Assembly (NCBI GenBank): GCA_963843575.1 | Contig: CAWJKZ010000018.1 | Coordinates: 97,195-161,194 of the forward strand | Length of the DNA stretch: 64,000 nt | Source of the DNA: an uncultured Acidobacteriota bacterium | GTDB lineage: Bacteria; Acidobacteriota; UBA6911 | Direction: 5' to 3' | Shown: one piece after another, positions 19,387 through 28,251 of the stretch | How positions within the stretch are numbered: position 1 is the first letter of the stretch | Layout: each line of letters starts with the position of its first letter | The notes under the pieces: generated by a model | The model's database searches: none | Seen by the model: the letters and a program-made list of their open reading frames with translations, nothing else | What the model was told of the DNA's origin: nothing | Position numbers and translations under genes: made by a program

Positions 19387-21037
19387 CGTCGCGGGCCTCT
19401 GGTGGCTGGCCTGGCTTGTGTGTTGCGGCAACGCGGTCGCGCAGACGGGCGACCCGGGGGTGAGGGACCGCTTCCGCGTCAAATACGTCGCCGAGGGGGC
19501 CGTCTATCTCGAAGGCGGACGCTCCGCCGGGTTGGCCGAAGGCCAGCGCCTGACGCTGCGGCGCGGCGAAAACAGCGGCGCCGAGGCCGTCGCCGAACTG
19601 CGGGTTTTTTCCGTGGCATCGGCGTCGGCCGTGTGCGAGGTGGTGTCGTCGGACGGGCCGGTCGAGCCGGGCGATGTCGCCTACCTGTCCACCGAGGACG
19701 TGCAACGCCTGCGGTTGCTCAAGGATAGCCGGGAATCCAGGAAGTACCCGCAGGTAATCTCGTTCACGGAAGGAGATCCGCTCGACGAGGAGGCCAGGGA
19801 AAGCGTGCCGCGCCCTCCACTGCCGGAGATCAACCGCGCGCGCGGGAGGTTCGGGTTCGAATACAGCTCCATCCGGGACCGCGAGGCACAAGGCACCGGT
19901 TCGAGCCAGCTCGGCGGCGTGGTGCGCGCCGACATGACGCGCGTGGGCGGTACCCACTGGAACTTCAGCGGCTATTACCGCGGCCGCTTCACCTCGCGCA
20001 GCCGTGCGCAGCAGGAGACCCTGACCGATCTGATCAACCGCACCTACCATCTCAGCCTTTCCTACAACAACCCCGGCTCGAATTGGGTGGCCGGTTTCGG
20101 GCGCCTGTATCTCCCGTGGGCGAGCAGCCTCAACACGATCGACGGCGGCTATGTCGGACGCCGTCGCGGCAAACACACCGTCTTCGGCCTGTTCGGCGGA
20201 TCCACCCCCGACCCCACCACCTGGAACTACACTCCCGGCCGCCAGATCGCCGGCAGCTTCGTCAACTTCGAAGCCGGCCACTTCGAGTCTTTCCGTTACA
20301 CGAGCACGTCGGGCGTCGCGCTCGCCAGGGTCCACTGGCACCCCGACCGCCAATTCGGTTTTTTCGAAAACGGGTTCTTCTACAAGGGTCTCTTTTCGCT
20401 CTATCACAACCTGGAAGCTGACCTGCTGCGCGGTGCGCCCGAGGCGCCGGCCAGCGGGCTGGTGGCCAGCCGGAGCTACCTTACGATTCGGGTGCAGCCC
20501 AACCGGTTTGTGGTCTTCGACCTGAATCACAACTACTTCCGGAACATCCCCACCTTCGACGAGCGGCTGGTCGGGACCGGTCTGCTGGACAAGCTCCTGT
20601 TCCAGGGCGTGAGCGGCGGCGTCCGGTTGGAGCTCCCGTATTCCATCAGCCCGTACTTCAGCCTCGGCCGCAGCGACCGGACGGGGGACGCCCGGACGGC
20701 CTGGAACCGGATGTTCGGTGTCGTAGTGCGCCGCGTCTGGAAGACGGGTTTGCGCGCCGATGCGAGATATTCCAGCTTCGACAGCTCCTTCGGCCGTGGC
20801 ACGTACCGCTCGCTGTCGTTGTCGCGGGAGTTGGGCGAGCGGTTCCGCTTCGACGTGCAGGCCGGCGATCAGGATCTGGTGTCGGCGATGACCCGGGACA
20901 ACCGCGCCCGTTGGCTCAACGCGGACGCCGATTGGTTCCTCGGCCCGCACTATTTCCTCGGGGCGGGCGTTACGTTTTATCGCGGGCGGGCGCAGAGTTA
21001 CGACCAGTGGTTCCTGAACCTGGGCTACCGGTTTTGA
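19334..21037 (+). CDS. Outer-membrane beta-barrel (porin-like) with small N-terminal beta domain
   Basis: Signal peptide ending AVA-Q, many alternating amphipathic strands, C-terminal beta-signal WFLNLGYRF; start ATG 19334 (or 19322) overlaps the cytochrome 3' end. Confidence 0.85.
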   Translation: MFTTAPTATRAIRTGGISVAGLWWLAWLVCCGNAVAQTGDPGVRDRFRVKYVAEGAVYLEGGRSAGLAEGQRLTLRRGENSGAEAVAELRVFSVASASAVCEVVSSDGPVEPGDVAYLSTEDVQRLRLLKDSRESRKYPQVISFTEGDPLDEEARESVPRPPLPEINRARGRFGFEYSSIRDREAQGTGSSQLGGVVRADMTRVGGTHWNFSGYYRGRFTSRSRAQQETLTDLINRTYHLSLSYNNPGSNWVAGFGRLYLPWASSLNTIDGGYVGRRRGKHTVFGLFGGSTPDPTTWNYTPGRQIAGSFVNFEAGHFESFRYTSTSGVALARVHWHPDRQFGFFENGFFYKGLFSLYHNLEADLLRGAPEAPASGLVASRSYLTIRVQPNRFVVFDLNHNYFRNIPTFDERLVGTGLLDKLLFQGVSGGVRLELPYSISPYFSLGRSDRTGDARTAWNRMFGVVVRRVWKTGLRADARYSSFDSSFGRGTYRSLSLSRELGERFRFDVQAGDQDLVSAMTRDNRARWLNADADWFLGPHYFLGAGVTFYRGRAQSYDQWFLNLGYRF

Positions 21038-21072
21038 CTGCGGAAAGCCGGACGCGGTATTTCGCCAGGCCG

Positions 21073-21102
21073 ATCCGTGTGGATCCGCGCAAATCCGCGT
21101 CC
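21073..21102 (+). repeat. Short ATCCGYG x3 repeat (10-bp period), REP-like
   Basis: atccgtgtgg atccgcgcaa atccgcgtcc in the intergenic gap. Confidence 0.5.
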
Positions 21103-21153
21103 TGAAAAATAGGTCAGCGTATTTGTGAACATCAGTACTAAGGCAGGAGACGC

Positions 21154-21951
21154 ATGAGAAGCGGAACTTTCGCGTTGTGGCTGTTCATCCTCGGCACGAG
21201 CCCCGTCGCCGGTGCGAAGAAACCTGCGCCCCCGGTAGGATCGCTCCCGATCGCGGATCTCATAGACAGGGTCGGAGAGAACGTCGAGGCTTTCGGGACG
21301 AGGTTTTCCGAGGTCAGCTGCACCGAATCGGTCGTACAGGCGAAGCTCGACAAGGCGGGGAAGGTGCTCTACCACCAGGAATCGGCTTTCGATTACCTGA
21401 TCCTGATGAATCTCCAGGGCGAGGAGCCGTCGCTCGAAGAATCCCGCGTGGTTCAAAAACAGGCCAAGGCGGCGGCAAACCTGCCACTGCTTCTCACCAG
21501 CGGGTTCCCGACGCTGCAGCTCGTCTTCCACCCCTACTACCAGGCCGGCTTCACCTATGAGCGACTGCCTGACGACCCGGCGGACGGCAAGGTTTTTGTG
21601 CGCATCCGGTTCCGCCACATCAAGGGAGCGCGCTCGACCTCAGCCCTGAGGCTGCGCGGCAGGGACTTCCCGCTCGACCTGGAAGGGACGGCGTGGGTGG
21701 ATCCCGACTCGGCTGCCATCGCGCGCATCACGGCGGGCCTGGAGTTCCCCGCCGAGGACCTGGGGTTGCAGTCCCTCCAGACCGACGTGCGTTACGCGGA
21801 CACGCGCTTCCCCGGCATCGAGACCACCTACTCGCTCCCGGTCGTGGCGACCGTGGAGGTGGAAACGCCGCGGCAGCGGTGGCGCAACACGCACCGGTTC
21901 TCCGCCTACCGGCTCTTCTCGGTGCGCTCCGAGAGCACGGTGTCCAAATGA
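21154..21951 (+). CDS. Exported hypothetical protein (beta-rich)
   Basis: AGGAG RBS, signal peptide ending VAG-A, ATGA overlap with next gene. Confidence 0.8.
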   Translation: MRSGTFALWLFILGTSPVAGAKKPAPPVGSLPIADLIDRVGENVEAFGTRFSEVSCTESVVQAKLDKAGKVLYHQESAFDYLILMNLQGEEPSLEESRVVQKQAKAAANLPLLLTSGFPTLQLVFHPYYQAGFTYERLPDDPADGKVFVRIRFRHIKGARSTSALRLRGRDFPLDLEGTAWVDPDSAAIARITAGLEFPAEDLGLQSLQTDVRYADTRFPGIETTYSLPVVATVEVETPRQRWRNTHRFSAYRLFSVRSESTVSK

Positions 21952-22880
21952 GCAAAAGCCTGACGGAACTGGTTGTAGGCTCCGCCGCCGCCGTCGAGCT
22001 CCCGCGCGAGCGGGGGCATCGGGCGGCGATCCTGCTTCTCGCGCTCGCGGCCGCGGCGCTGATGGTCGCGCTGACGCTGTACGGCTTCGACTACTACTGG
22101 CTGGATCAGGTGAGCCGGCCCCATTCTCCCAAGCACGCCCAGCTGAGGCCCGGAGGCGTCGTCGGGATCAGGCTGGGCATCCTGGGGATAGTGCTTTTAT
22201 TCTTGATCTATCTTTACCCGATCCGGAAACGCTGGGCCTGGCTGGGTAGCAAGGGGAGCACCAAGCACTGGTTCGACTATCACATCCTCCTCGGGCTCGT
22301 CGCCCCGGTGGTCGTCAGCTTCCATGCGTCCTTCAAGGCCCAGGGGCTGGCGGGGTTGGCCTACTGGACGATGGCCGTCCTGACGGCGAGCGGCATCGTG
22401 GGGCGGTACCTCTACGCGCAGATTCCCAGAAGCCGCGCCGCCGCCGAGAGCTCGCTGAAGCAGCTCGAGGCCTCCAGCACCCAGCGCGGCCGGATGGTGG
22501 AGGCCTCGGCCGGGTTTGCCCAGGTGGTGCGGCTGCCGGATATCAGGGAGGTGCAGGCGATGTCGTCGGTGCGGGCGCTCTGGCTGATGCTCGCCTGGGA
22601 CCTCCAACAGCCGCTGCTCCTGTGGAGGGTGAGACGACGCCTCTCCCCTGGACGCGGGCTGCTGACTTTGGGCGGGGTGCTGTCGACAGGCGACGCCGCC
22701 CTCGAGCAGGCTATCCGCGAGACCCGGCGCCAGGTGGTCATGACCAGGAAAATCCTCCTCCTGTCCAAGGCGGAGAAGATCTTTCACCTCTGGCACGTCC
22801 TGCACCGGCCCTTCAGCATATCGCTCGCCATCCTGGTGCTGCTCCACTTGGCCATCGTGTTTCTGTTCGGTTACTACTGA
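21948..22880 (+). CDS. Inner-membrane diheme-b protein, ferric-reductase-like transmembrane family
   Basis: Several TM helices; two His pairs at i/i+14 (DYH-x13-H and VLH-x13-H); SGIVGRYLY motif. Confidence 0.8.
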   Translation: MSKSLTELVVGSAAAVELPRERGHRAAILLLALAAAALMVALTLYGFDYYWLDQVSRPHSPKHAQLRPGGVVGIRLGILGIVLLFLIYLYPIRKRWAWLGSKGSTKHWFDYHILLGLVAPVVVSFHASFKAQGLAGLAYWTMAVLTASGIVGRYLYAQIPRSRAAAESSLKQLEASSTQRGRMVEASAGFAQVVRLPDIREVQAMSSVRALWLMLAWDLQQPLLLWRVRRRLSPGRGLLTLGGVLSTGDAALEQAIRETRRQVVMTRKILLLSKAEKIFHLWHVLHRPFSISLAILVLLHLAIVFLFGYY

Positions 22881-22908
22881 CATCCGAGAGGCGAAGGCGT
22901 CCCTGGCA

Positions 22909-24291
22909 ATGATCGACGAACTCTTCATATACGCCATCCTGGCCCTTGTCCTCGTTGTTCCCGCGGTCGTCTATTTCAGCCGCATGCGGAGGCGCGAGGC
23001 CCGGGCGCTAGCCGCCCTCGAAAAGGGGAAGCTCTTCTCGGAGCGCCCGCCCGTACAACACCCCAGCATCGACCTTGCGCGCTGCATCGGTTGCGGCACC
23101 TGCGTCAGCGCCTGCCCCGAGGGGGACGTGCTGGCGATCGTGGCCGGACGGGCAGCCATCGTCAACGGCCACAAGTGCATCGGCCACGCCCTCTGCGCCG
23201 AAGCGTGCCCCGTGGGCGCCATCACGATGACCATGGGGGATCCCAGCGTCGGCGCCGACATCCCGCACCTCAGCGCGGAATACGAGACCAACATACCCGG
23301 CATGTTCGTCGTCGGCGAACTCGGTGGCCTGGCGCTGATCAGGAATGCGGTCAACCAGGGCCGGGAGTGCATCGACACGATCGTCCGCAGGCTGGCCGCG
23401 GACCGCGCTGCTGCGGGGGAAGACGATCCCTACGACGTCTGCGTCGTGGGCGCCGGGCCGGCGGGCATCAGCGCCTCGCTGCGCGCCATCGAGAAGAAAC
23501 TGAGCTACATCACTCTGGAACAGGACGAGATCGGCGGCACAGTCGCCAAGTACCCGCGCCAGAAACTCGTCATGACCAGCCCCGTGGAGTTCCCGATGTA
23601 CGGCCGCTTCCGCAAGCTCGAGATCTCCAAGGAGAACCTGATGGAATTCTGGCAGACGGTCTTCCGGCGCGCGGATTTCAAAGTGCTCACGGGCGAAAAG
23701 GTCGAGCACATCACACGGGAACCGGATGCCACCTTCCGGGTCCGCGGCGTGAAAGGGGAATACCGCGCGCGCACCGTCATCCTGGCGCTCGGCAGGAGGG
23801 GAACGCCGCGCAAGCTGGGCATCCTGGGGGAGGGCTTGCCCAAGGTCATGTACAGCCTCATCGAGGCGGAATCCTACACCGATAAGAAAATCCTCGTGGT
23901 CGGGGGCGGTGACAGTGCCGTGGAGGCCGCCATGGGGCTCGCGCATCAGCCGGGCAACACCGTCACCCTCTCCTACCGCAAGGACGCCTTTGCCCGCATC
24001 AAAGAACGCAACAGCCGGAAAATCGAGGAGTTTATCCGCGCCGGAAAAATCCGGGTCCTGTTCAACTCCAATCCCGTCGAGATCCGGGAAGGCTCCGTCC
24101 TGCTCGACGTTCAGGGGACGCCGCTGGAAATGCCCAACGACTTCGTCTGGGTTTTCGCCGGCGGTACCCCGCCCAGGGATTTCCTGCAGAAAGTCGGCGT
24201 CGTGCTCGGCCGCGAAGACTTCACCCGCGAAACGCACGACGAGGCGCAGCGCGCCCGGAGCGAGTCCTCCCAGCCGATCCTGCCGAGCTAA
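22909..24291 (+). CDS. Membrane-anchored dicluster ferredoxin fused to thioredoxin-reductase-like FAD/NAD(P)H oxidoreductase
   Basis: N-terminal TM; CIGCGTCVSACP and CIGHALCAEACP; VGAGPAG (FAD); VGGGDSA and YRK (NADPH). Confidence 0.9.
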   Translation: MIDELFIYAILALVLVVPAVVYFSRMRRREARALAALEKGKLFSERPPVQHPSIDLARCIGCGTCVSACPEGDVLAIVAGRAAIVNGHKCIGHALCAEACPVGAITMTMGDPSVGADIPHLSAEYETNIPGMFVVGELGGLALIRNAVNQGRECIDTIVRRLAADRAAAGEDDPYDVCVVGAGPAGISASLRAIEKKLSYITLEQDEIGGTVAKYPRQKLVMTSPVEFPMYGRFRKLEISKENLMEFWQTVFRRADFKVLTGEKVEHITREPDATFRVRGVKGEYRARTVILALGRRGTPRKLGILGEGLPKVMYSLIEAESYTDKKILVVGGGDSAVEAAMGLAHQPGNTVTLSYRKDAFARIKERNSRKIEEFIRAGKIRVLFNSNPVEIREGSVLLDVQGTPLEMPNDFVWVFAGGTPPRDFLQKVGVVLGREDFTRETHDEAQRARSESSQPILPS

Positions 24292-24476
24292 GCTAATGCA
24301 TATCCGCGCAATACAAGCATATTGAACTGCAATTTCGATACTGCTAGGATTGGGCCGTCGGGGCCGGTGGCAGGGTGATCGAGCCTTGGTGCCGAGTGAG
24401 GTTATAGCCGCGAGCCGCCCCGGTTCGTCCCCGCCTGCCGACGCCGCGACGGGCCGGCCACGGACTCTATGATGCC

Positions 24477-25124
24477 ATGACGAAATGCCGCTTGATTCTC
24501 GCCGACGATCACCTCCTGGTGAGGCAGGGATTGAGGAGGATACTCGCCCAGCGCCCGGACCTGGAGGTGGTGGGGGAAGTGGGGGACGGGCTGGCGTTGC
24601 TTGGGGCGCTGTCGAGGCTGGCTCCGGACCTCGTGCTCCTCGATCTGTCGATGCCCAACCTGCGGGGGATCGAAGCGATTCCGGAGCTCAAGAGAAGCAG
24701 GCCGAATATGAAAGTGCTGGTGCTCACGATGCACCGGGACCCGGAGTACCTCTATCAAGCTATCGCCGCCGGGGCGGACGGCTATTTGTTGAAGGAGGAC
24801 GCCGACAGCGACCTCTTCTCCGCCATCGATACGGTCGTGGGCAACCGGGTCTACGTCTCCAAGTTCCTCTCGGAGCAGTCGCGCCGCGACTGGGCGGCGC
24901 TTCGCCGGGGCGGCGACCCCGGCACGGGCGCAGATGCGCTGTCGGTGCGTGAGCGCGAGGTGTTGAAGCTGATCGCGGAGGGGAAATCGAGCAGGGAGAT
25001 CGGCACGCTGCTGCACATAAGCGGGCGCACGGTCGAGCGGCACCGAGCCAACATGATGGACAGGCTGAACGTCCGAAGCACGGTCGAGTTGGTGAAGTAC
25101 GCCGTGAGCAAGGGGTACGTCTGA
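24477..25124 (+). CDS. NarL/NreC-family response regulator
   Basis: REC + LuxR HTH; 215 aa, colinear with 9916..10563. Confidence 0.95.
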   Translation: MTKCRLILADDHLLVRQGLRRILAQRPDLEVVGEVGDGLALLGALSRLAPDLVLLDLSMPNLRGIEAIPELKRSRPNMKVLVLTMHRDPEYLYQAIAAGADGYLLKEDADSDLFSAIDTVVGNRVYVSKFLSEQSRRDWAALRRGGDPGTGADALSVREREVLKLIAEGKSSREIGTLLHISGRTVERHRANMMDRLNVRSTVELVKYAVSKGYV

Positions 25125-25268
25125 CGTTCGAGCCTTAGGTGGGGCCCCCCCGTTGTGGCGGCGGCCTCGATTTTTTCCCGTCTCCAAGAAAAACAAACGA
25201 AACCGGGATTGGGCCGTAGAATGAGCATGAAGCCCTCGGCTCTTTCTCCATCCAGGTGAGGTGTAAGC

Positions 25269-28016
25269 ATGGACGCCCTGGTTCAAGACCTGCGCTACGC
25301 GGTGCGCACCCTGCGCCGCAACCCCGGATTTACCATCGTAGCGCTGCTGACGCTGGCGTTGGGCATCGGCATCAACGCGGCACTGTTCAGCGTCGTGAAC
25401 GCGGTGCTGCTGCGTCCGCTACCCTACCGAAACGCAGACCGCCTGGTCTGGGTGGCCCGGGAAGTCCCGGAGCTGAAGGCGGAGTTGCTGGGGAGCATTG
25501 ATTACTTCCGTTTCAAGGACCAGAGCCGGACCCTGGAAGCCATCGCCGCTTTCCAGGACCGGGGCGACGAGATGAACCTCGCCGGCGGCGACGTTCCCGA
25601 GCGTGTGCGGGGAACGCAAGTGACGCGCGACTTTTTTGGGCTTTTCGGCGTCTTGCCTGCGCTTGGGCGTGTCTTCACCGACGACGAGGACCAGCCCGGC
25701 GGCGCCCGCTCGGTGATCCTCATGCACGGTTTCTGGCAGCGCCGCTTCGGCGGGGATCCGGGCGTGATCGGGAGAACGCTGGTGATCGACGACGCGCCGC
25801 GCACCGTCGTCGGGGTAATGCGGGCCGGATTCCGGTTCCCACGCCAGCCCGACCTGGATTTGCTCGAGCCGATGCAGCTGAGCCGCGGCCAGGCCGAATC
25901 GGGAGGGATGAGGCGCATCCGGGTGGTCAACGCGATCGGTCTGCTGCGCTCGGGGGCGACGGTCTCCGACGCCATCACGGAACTGCGATCGATAGCCGAG
26001 CGCTCCGAGACGCCGGCCGGGCCTGCGGGCGAAGGCAGGCCTCGGCGGGAGGGCGCCGGGGTGAACGCGCCGGTTCCACCGGATTCACGCGACGAGGTCA
26101 GGGTGGAGATAGGCCCAGGAAAGGGCCCGGACGAGGACATGGACCTGCGTGAGGAGGGCGCACGCCCGAGGCCGGGAGGGGGTCCTGCAGGCGCGGACGC
26201 AGCCCGGGGCACGCCCGCACCGCCCCCTGCCGGCGCCGTTCGGGGGCATAGCCCCGCAGGCGCTCCGGCCGAAGGCCCGCAGATGCGCTACTCGCGCACG
26301 GCGCCGGGACCCGCGGGCCCGATGCGGCGCGGGCCGGGTTTCATGGGGGAGACCCGGATCAATGTTGTCCCCCTCCAGCAGAAGATCGCCGGCAACGTGC
26401 GGCCGGCGCTATTGATACTGCTCGGCGCGGTCGGCCTCGTCCTCCTGATTGCGTGCGCCAACGTAGCCAACCTCCTGCTGGCCCGCGCGACGGTGAGGCA
26501 GAGGGAGATCACGATCAGGGCGGCACTCGGGGCGGGCCGCGGCCGGCTCGTCGCGCAGCTCCTGGCCGAGAGCTTGTTGCTGGGGGCGGCGGGCGGGCTC
26601 CTGGGCGTGCTCGGTGCCGCGTGGGGCGTCAAATCGCTTGTCGCGCTGGGACAGGGCGGGGCCGTCGGGGCGGTGCTGCAGCAGTTCGAACTCGGCATCG
26701 ACGGGAGCGTGCTGGGGTTCATGGCCCTCGTCTCCCTCGCGACGGGCCTGGCTTTCGGGATTGTGCCCGCACTCGCATCGACCCGGGTCGACATCAGCGA
26801 AGGATTAAAGGACGGCTCCCACGGGGCGTCCGCCCCGGGCCATCGGCTGCTGCGCAGCTCCCTGGTCGTGGCGGAATTGACGCTTGCCCTAATGCTGCTC
26901 GCCGGCGCTGGTCTGCTCCTGAACAGCTTCGCCCGCCTGCTGTCGGTCGACCTGGGGTACGACCCGGACAGGGTGCTCACGATGTCGGTCGATCTCAGCG
27001 GGCGGCGCTACCCGGACCCGGCCCAGAGGAAAGCGTTCTTCCGCCGGCTCCTGGAGCAAGTCCGTGCCCTGCCCGGCGTGGAATCGGCCGGCATGGCCAA
27101 CGCCCTGCCGATCAGCGAGCCGACGATGGTCTTCCGGGGGCTCGAGATCGAAGGGCGTGGGCAGTCGCCCGAAGACCCTTCGGTTTTTGCCAGCAGCATC
27201 ACGCCCGGCTACTTCCCCGCCATCGGAATGCGGCTGAACCGCGGACGCTTTTTCGACGAACACGACGACGAGCACTCGCAGCGCGTGGCCATCGTCAACG
27301 CCGCCTTCGCCTCGTATTTCTGGCCGGGTCAGGATCCCCTGGGCAAACGGTTCCGGATCGGGCCAGTGTTCGGAGGGGCGACTGTTGTCGGAGTGGTCGC
27401 CAACGTGAGGCGCCAGACGCTCGAGAGCGAGGCGATGCCGGAAATCTACCTGCCGTACCAGCAGGTGCCCGACGTGCGTTTCATGGCACTCGCCGTCCGG
27501 ACCAGGATGGCGGCGTCGGCGCTGGCGCCCGCCGTCCGGGAAACGGTTTCCAACCTCGACAACCAGATGGCCGTGCAAGGCGTCTCGACCCTGCGGGACC
27601 GCGTTGCGGCGGCGGTCGCGCCACGCAGGTTCAATCTCGTCCTGCTCGGATCGTTCGCCCTGCTGGCGCTACTGCTGGCCGCAGTCGGCCTGTACGGGGT
27701 GATGGACTACGCGGTCGCGCGCCGCACCCAGGAGATCGGGGTCCGGATGGCGCTCGGGGCGCAACCTGCCGACGTTAAGAAGATGGTCCTGAAGGAGGCG
27801 ATGCAGCTGGCCGCCATCGGCGTCGCCGCCGGGCTGGCCGGGAGTTACCTGATCACCCGGGTGCTGAGCAGTCAGCTCTATGCAGTGACCGCGACCGATC
27901 CGCTGACCTACGGCCTCGCCGCCGTCCTCCTGGCCTTGGTCGCGCTCCTGGCAAGCTACATCCCGGCGAGCAAAGCCACTCGGGTCGACCCGGTCGACTC
28001 CCTCCGGTATCAGTAG
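25269..28016 (+). CDS. ADOP-family duplicated ABC permease (MacB/FtsX-like)
   Basis: QDLRYAVRTLRRNPGF, LLIACANVANLLLAR, RRTQEIGVRMALGA, PA.KA.RVDP..LR. Confidence 0.95.
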   Translation: MDALVQDLRYAVRTLRRNPGFTIVALLTLALGIGINAALFSVVNAVLLRPLPYRNADRLVWVAREVPELKAELLGSIDYFRFKDQSRTLEAIAAFQDRGDEMNLAGGDVPERVRGTQVTRDFFGLFGVLPALGRVFTDDEDQPGGARSVILMHGFWQRRFGGDPGVIGRTLVIDDAPRTVVGVMRAGFRFPRQPDLDLLEPMQLSRGQAESGGMRRIRVVNAIGLLRSGATVSDAITELRSIAERSETPAGPAGEGRPRREGAGVNAPVPPDSRDEVRVEIGPGKGPDEDMDLREEGARPRPGGGPAGADAARGTPAPPPAGAVRGHSPAGAPAEGPQMRYSRTAPGPAGPMRRGPGFMGETRINVVPLQQKIAGNVRPALLILLGAVGLVLLIACANVANLLLARATVRQREITIRAALGAGRGRLVAQLLAESLLLGAAGGLLGVLGAAWGVKSLVALGQGGAVGAVLQQFELGIDGSVLGFMALVSLATGLAFGIVPALASTRVDISEGLKDGSHGASAPGHRLLRSSLVVAELTLALMLLAGAGLLLNSFARLLSVDLGYDPDRVLTMSVDLSGRRYPDPAQRKAFFRRLLEQVRALPGVESAGMANALPISEPTMVFRGLEIEGRGQSPEDPSVFASSITPGYFPAIGMRLNRGRFFDEHDDEHSQRVAIVNAAFASYFWPGQDPLGKRFRIGPVFGGATVVGVVANVRRQTLESEAMPEIYLPYQQVPDVRFMALAVRTRMAASALAPAVRETVSNLDNQMAVQGVSTLRDRVAAAVAPRRFNLVLLGSFALLALLLAAVGLYGVMDYAVARRTQEIGVRMALGAQPADVKKMVLKEAMQLAAIGVAAGLAGSYLITRVLSSQLYAVTATDPLTYGLAAVLLALVALLASYIPASKATRVDPVDSLRYQ

Positions 28017-28251
28017 GGGACGGACCAAGCTAAGTCTTTAAACCACTATGGCTTATAGGTATTAGTCGTCAAAAAGCGCCCTTATTTCGCGATTTTGGTG
28101 CCATTTTCCTCGATTAGCGCTGATTTTACCGGATCTCGGATCCACCCGCGAGCCATTCAGGCTAATTGAAAAAAAACAGCCCCAAAAAATGCAAATAGCG
28201 GGTGATTTTCACGGGAAATTCATCATAACCTACTGTATTCGTTAAACTTGC

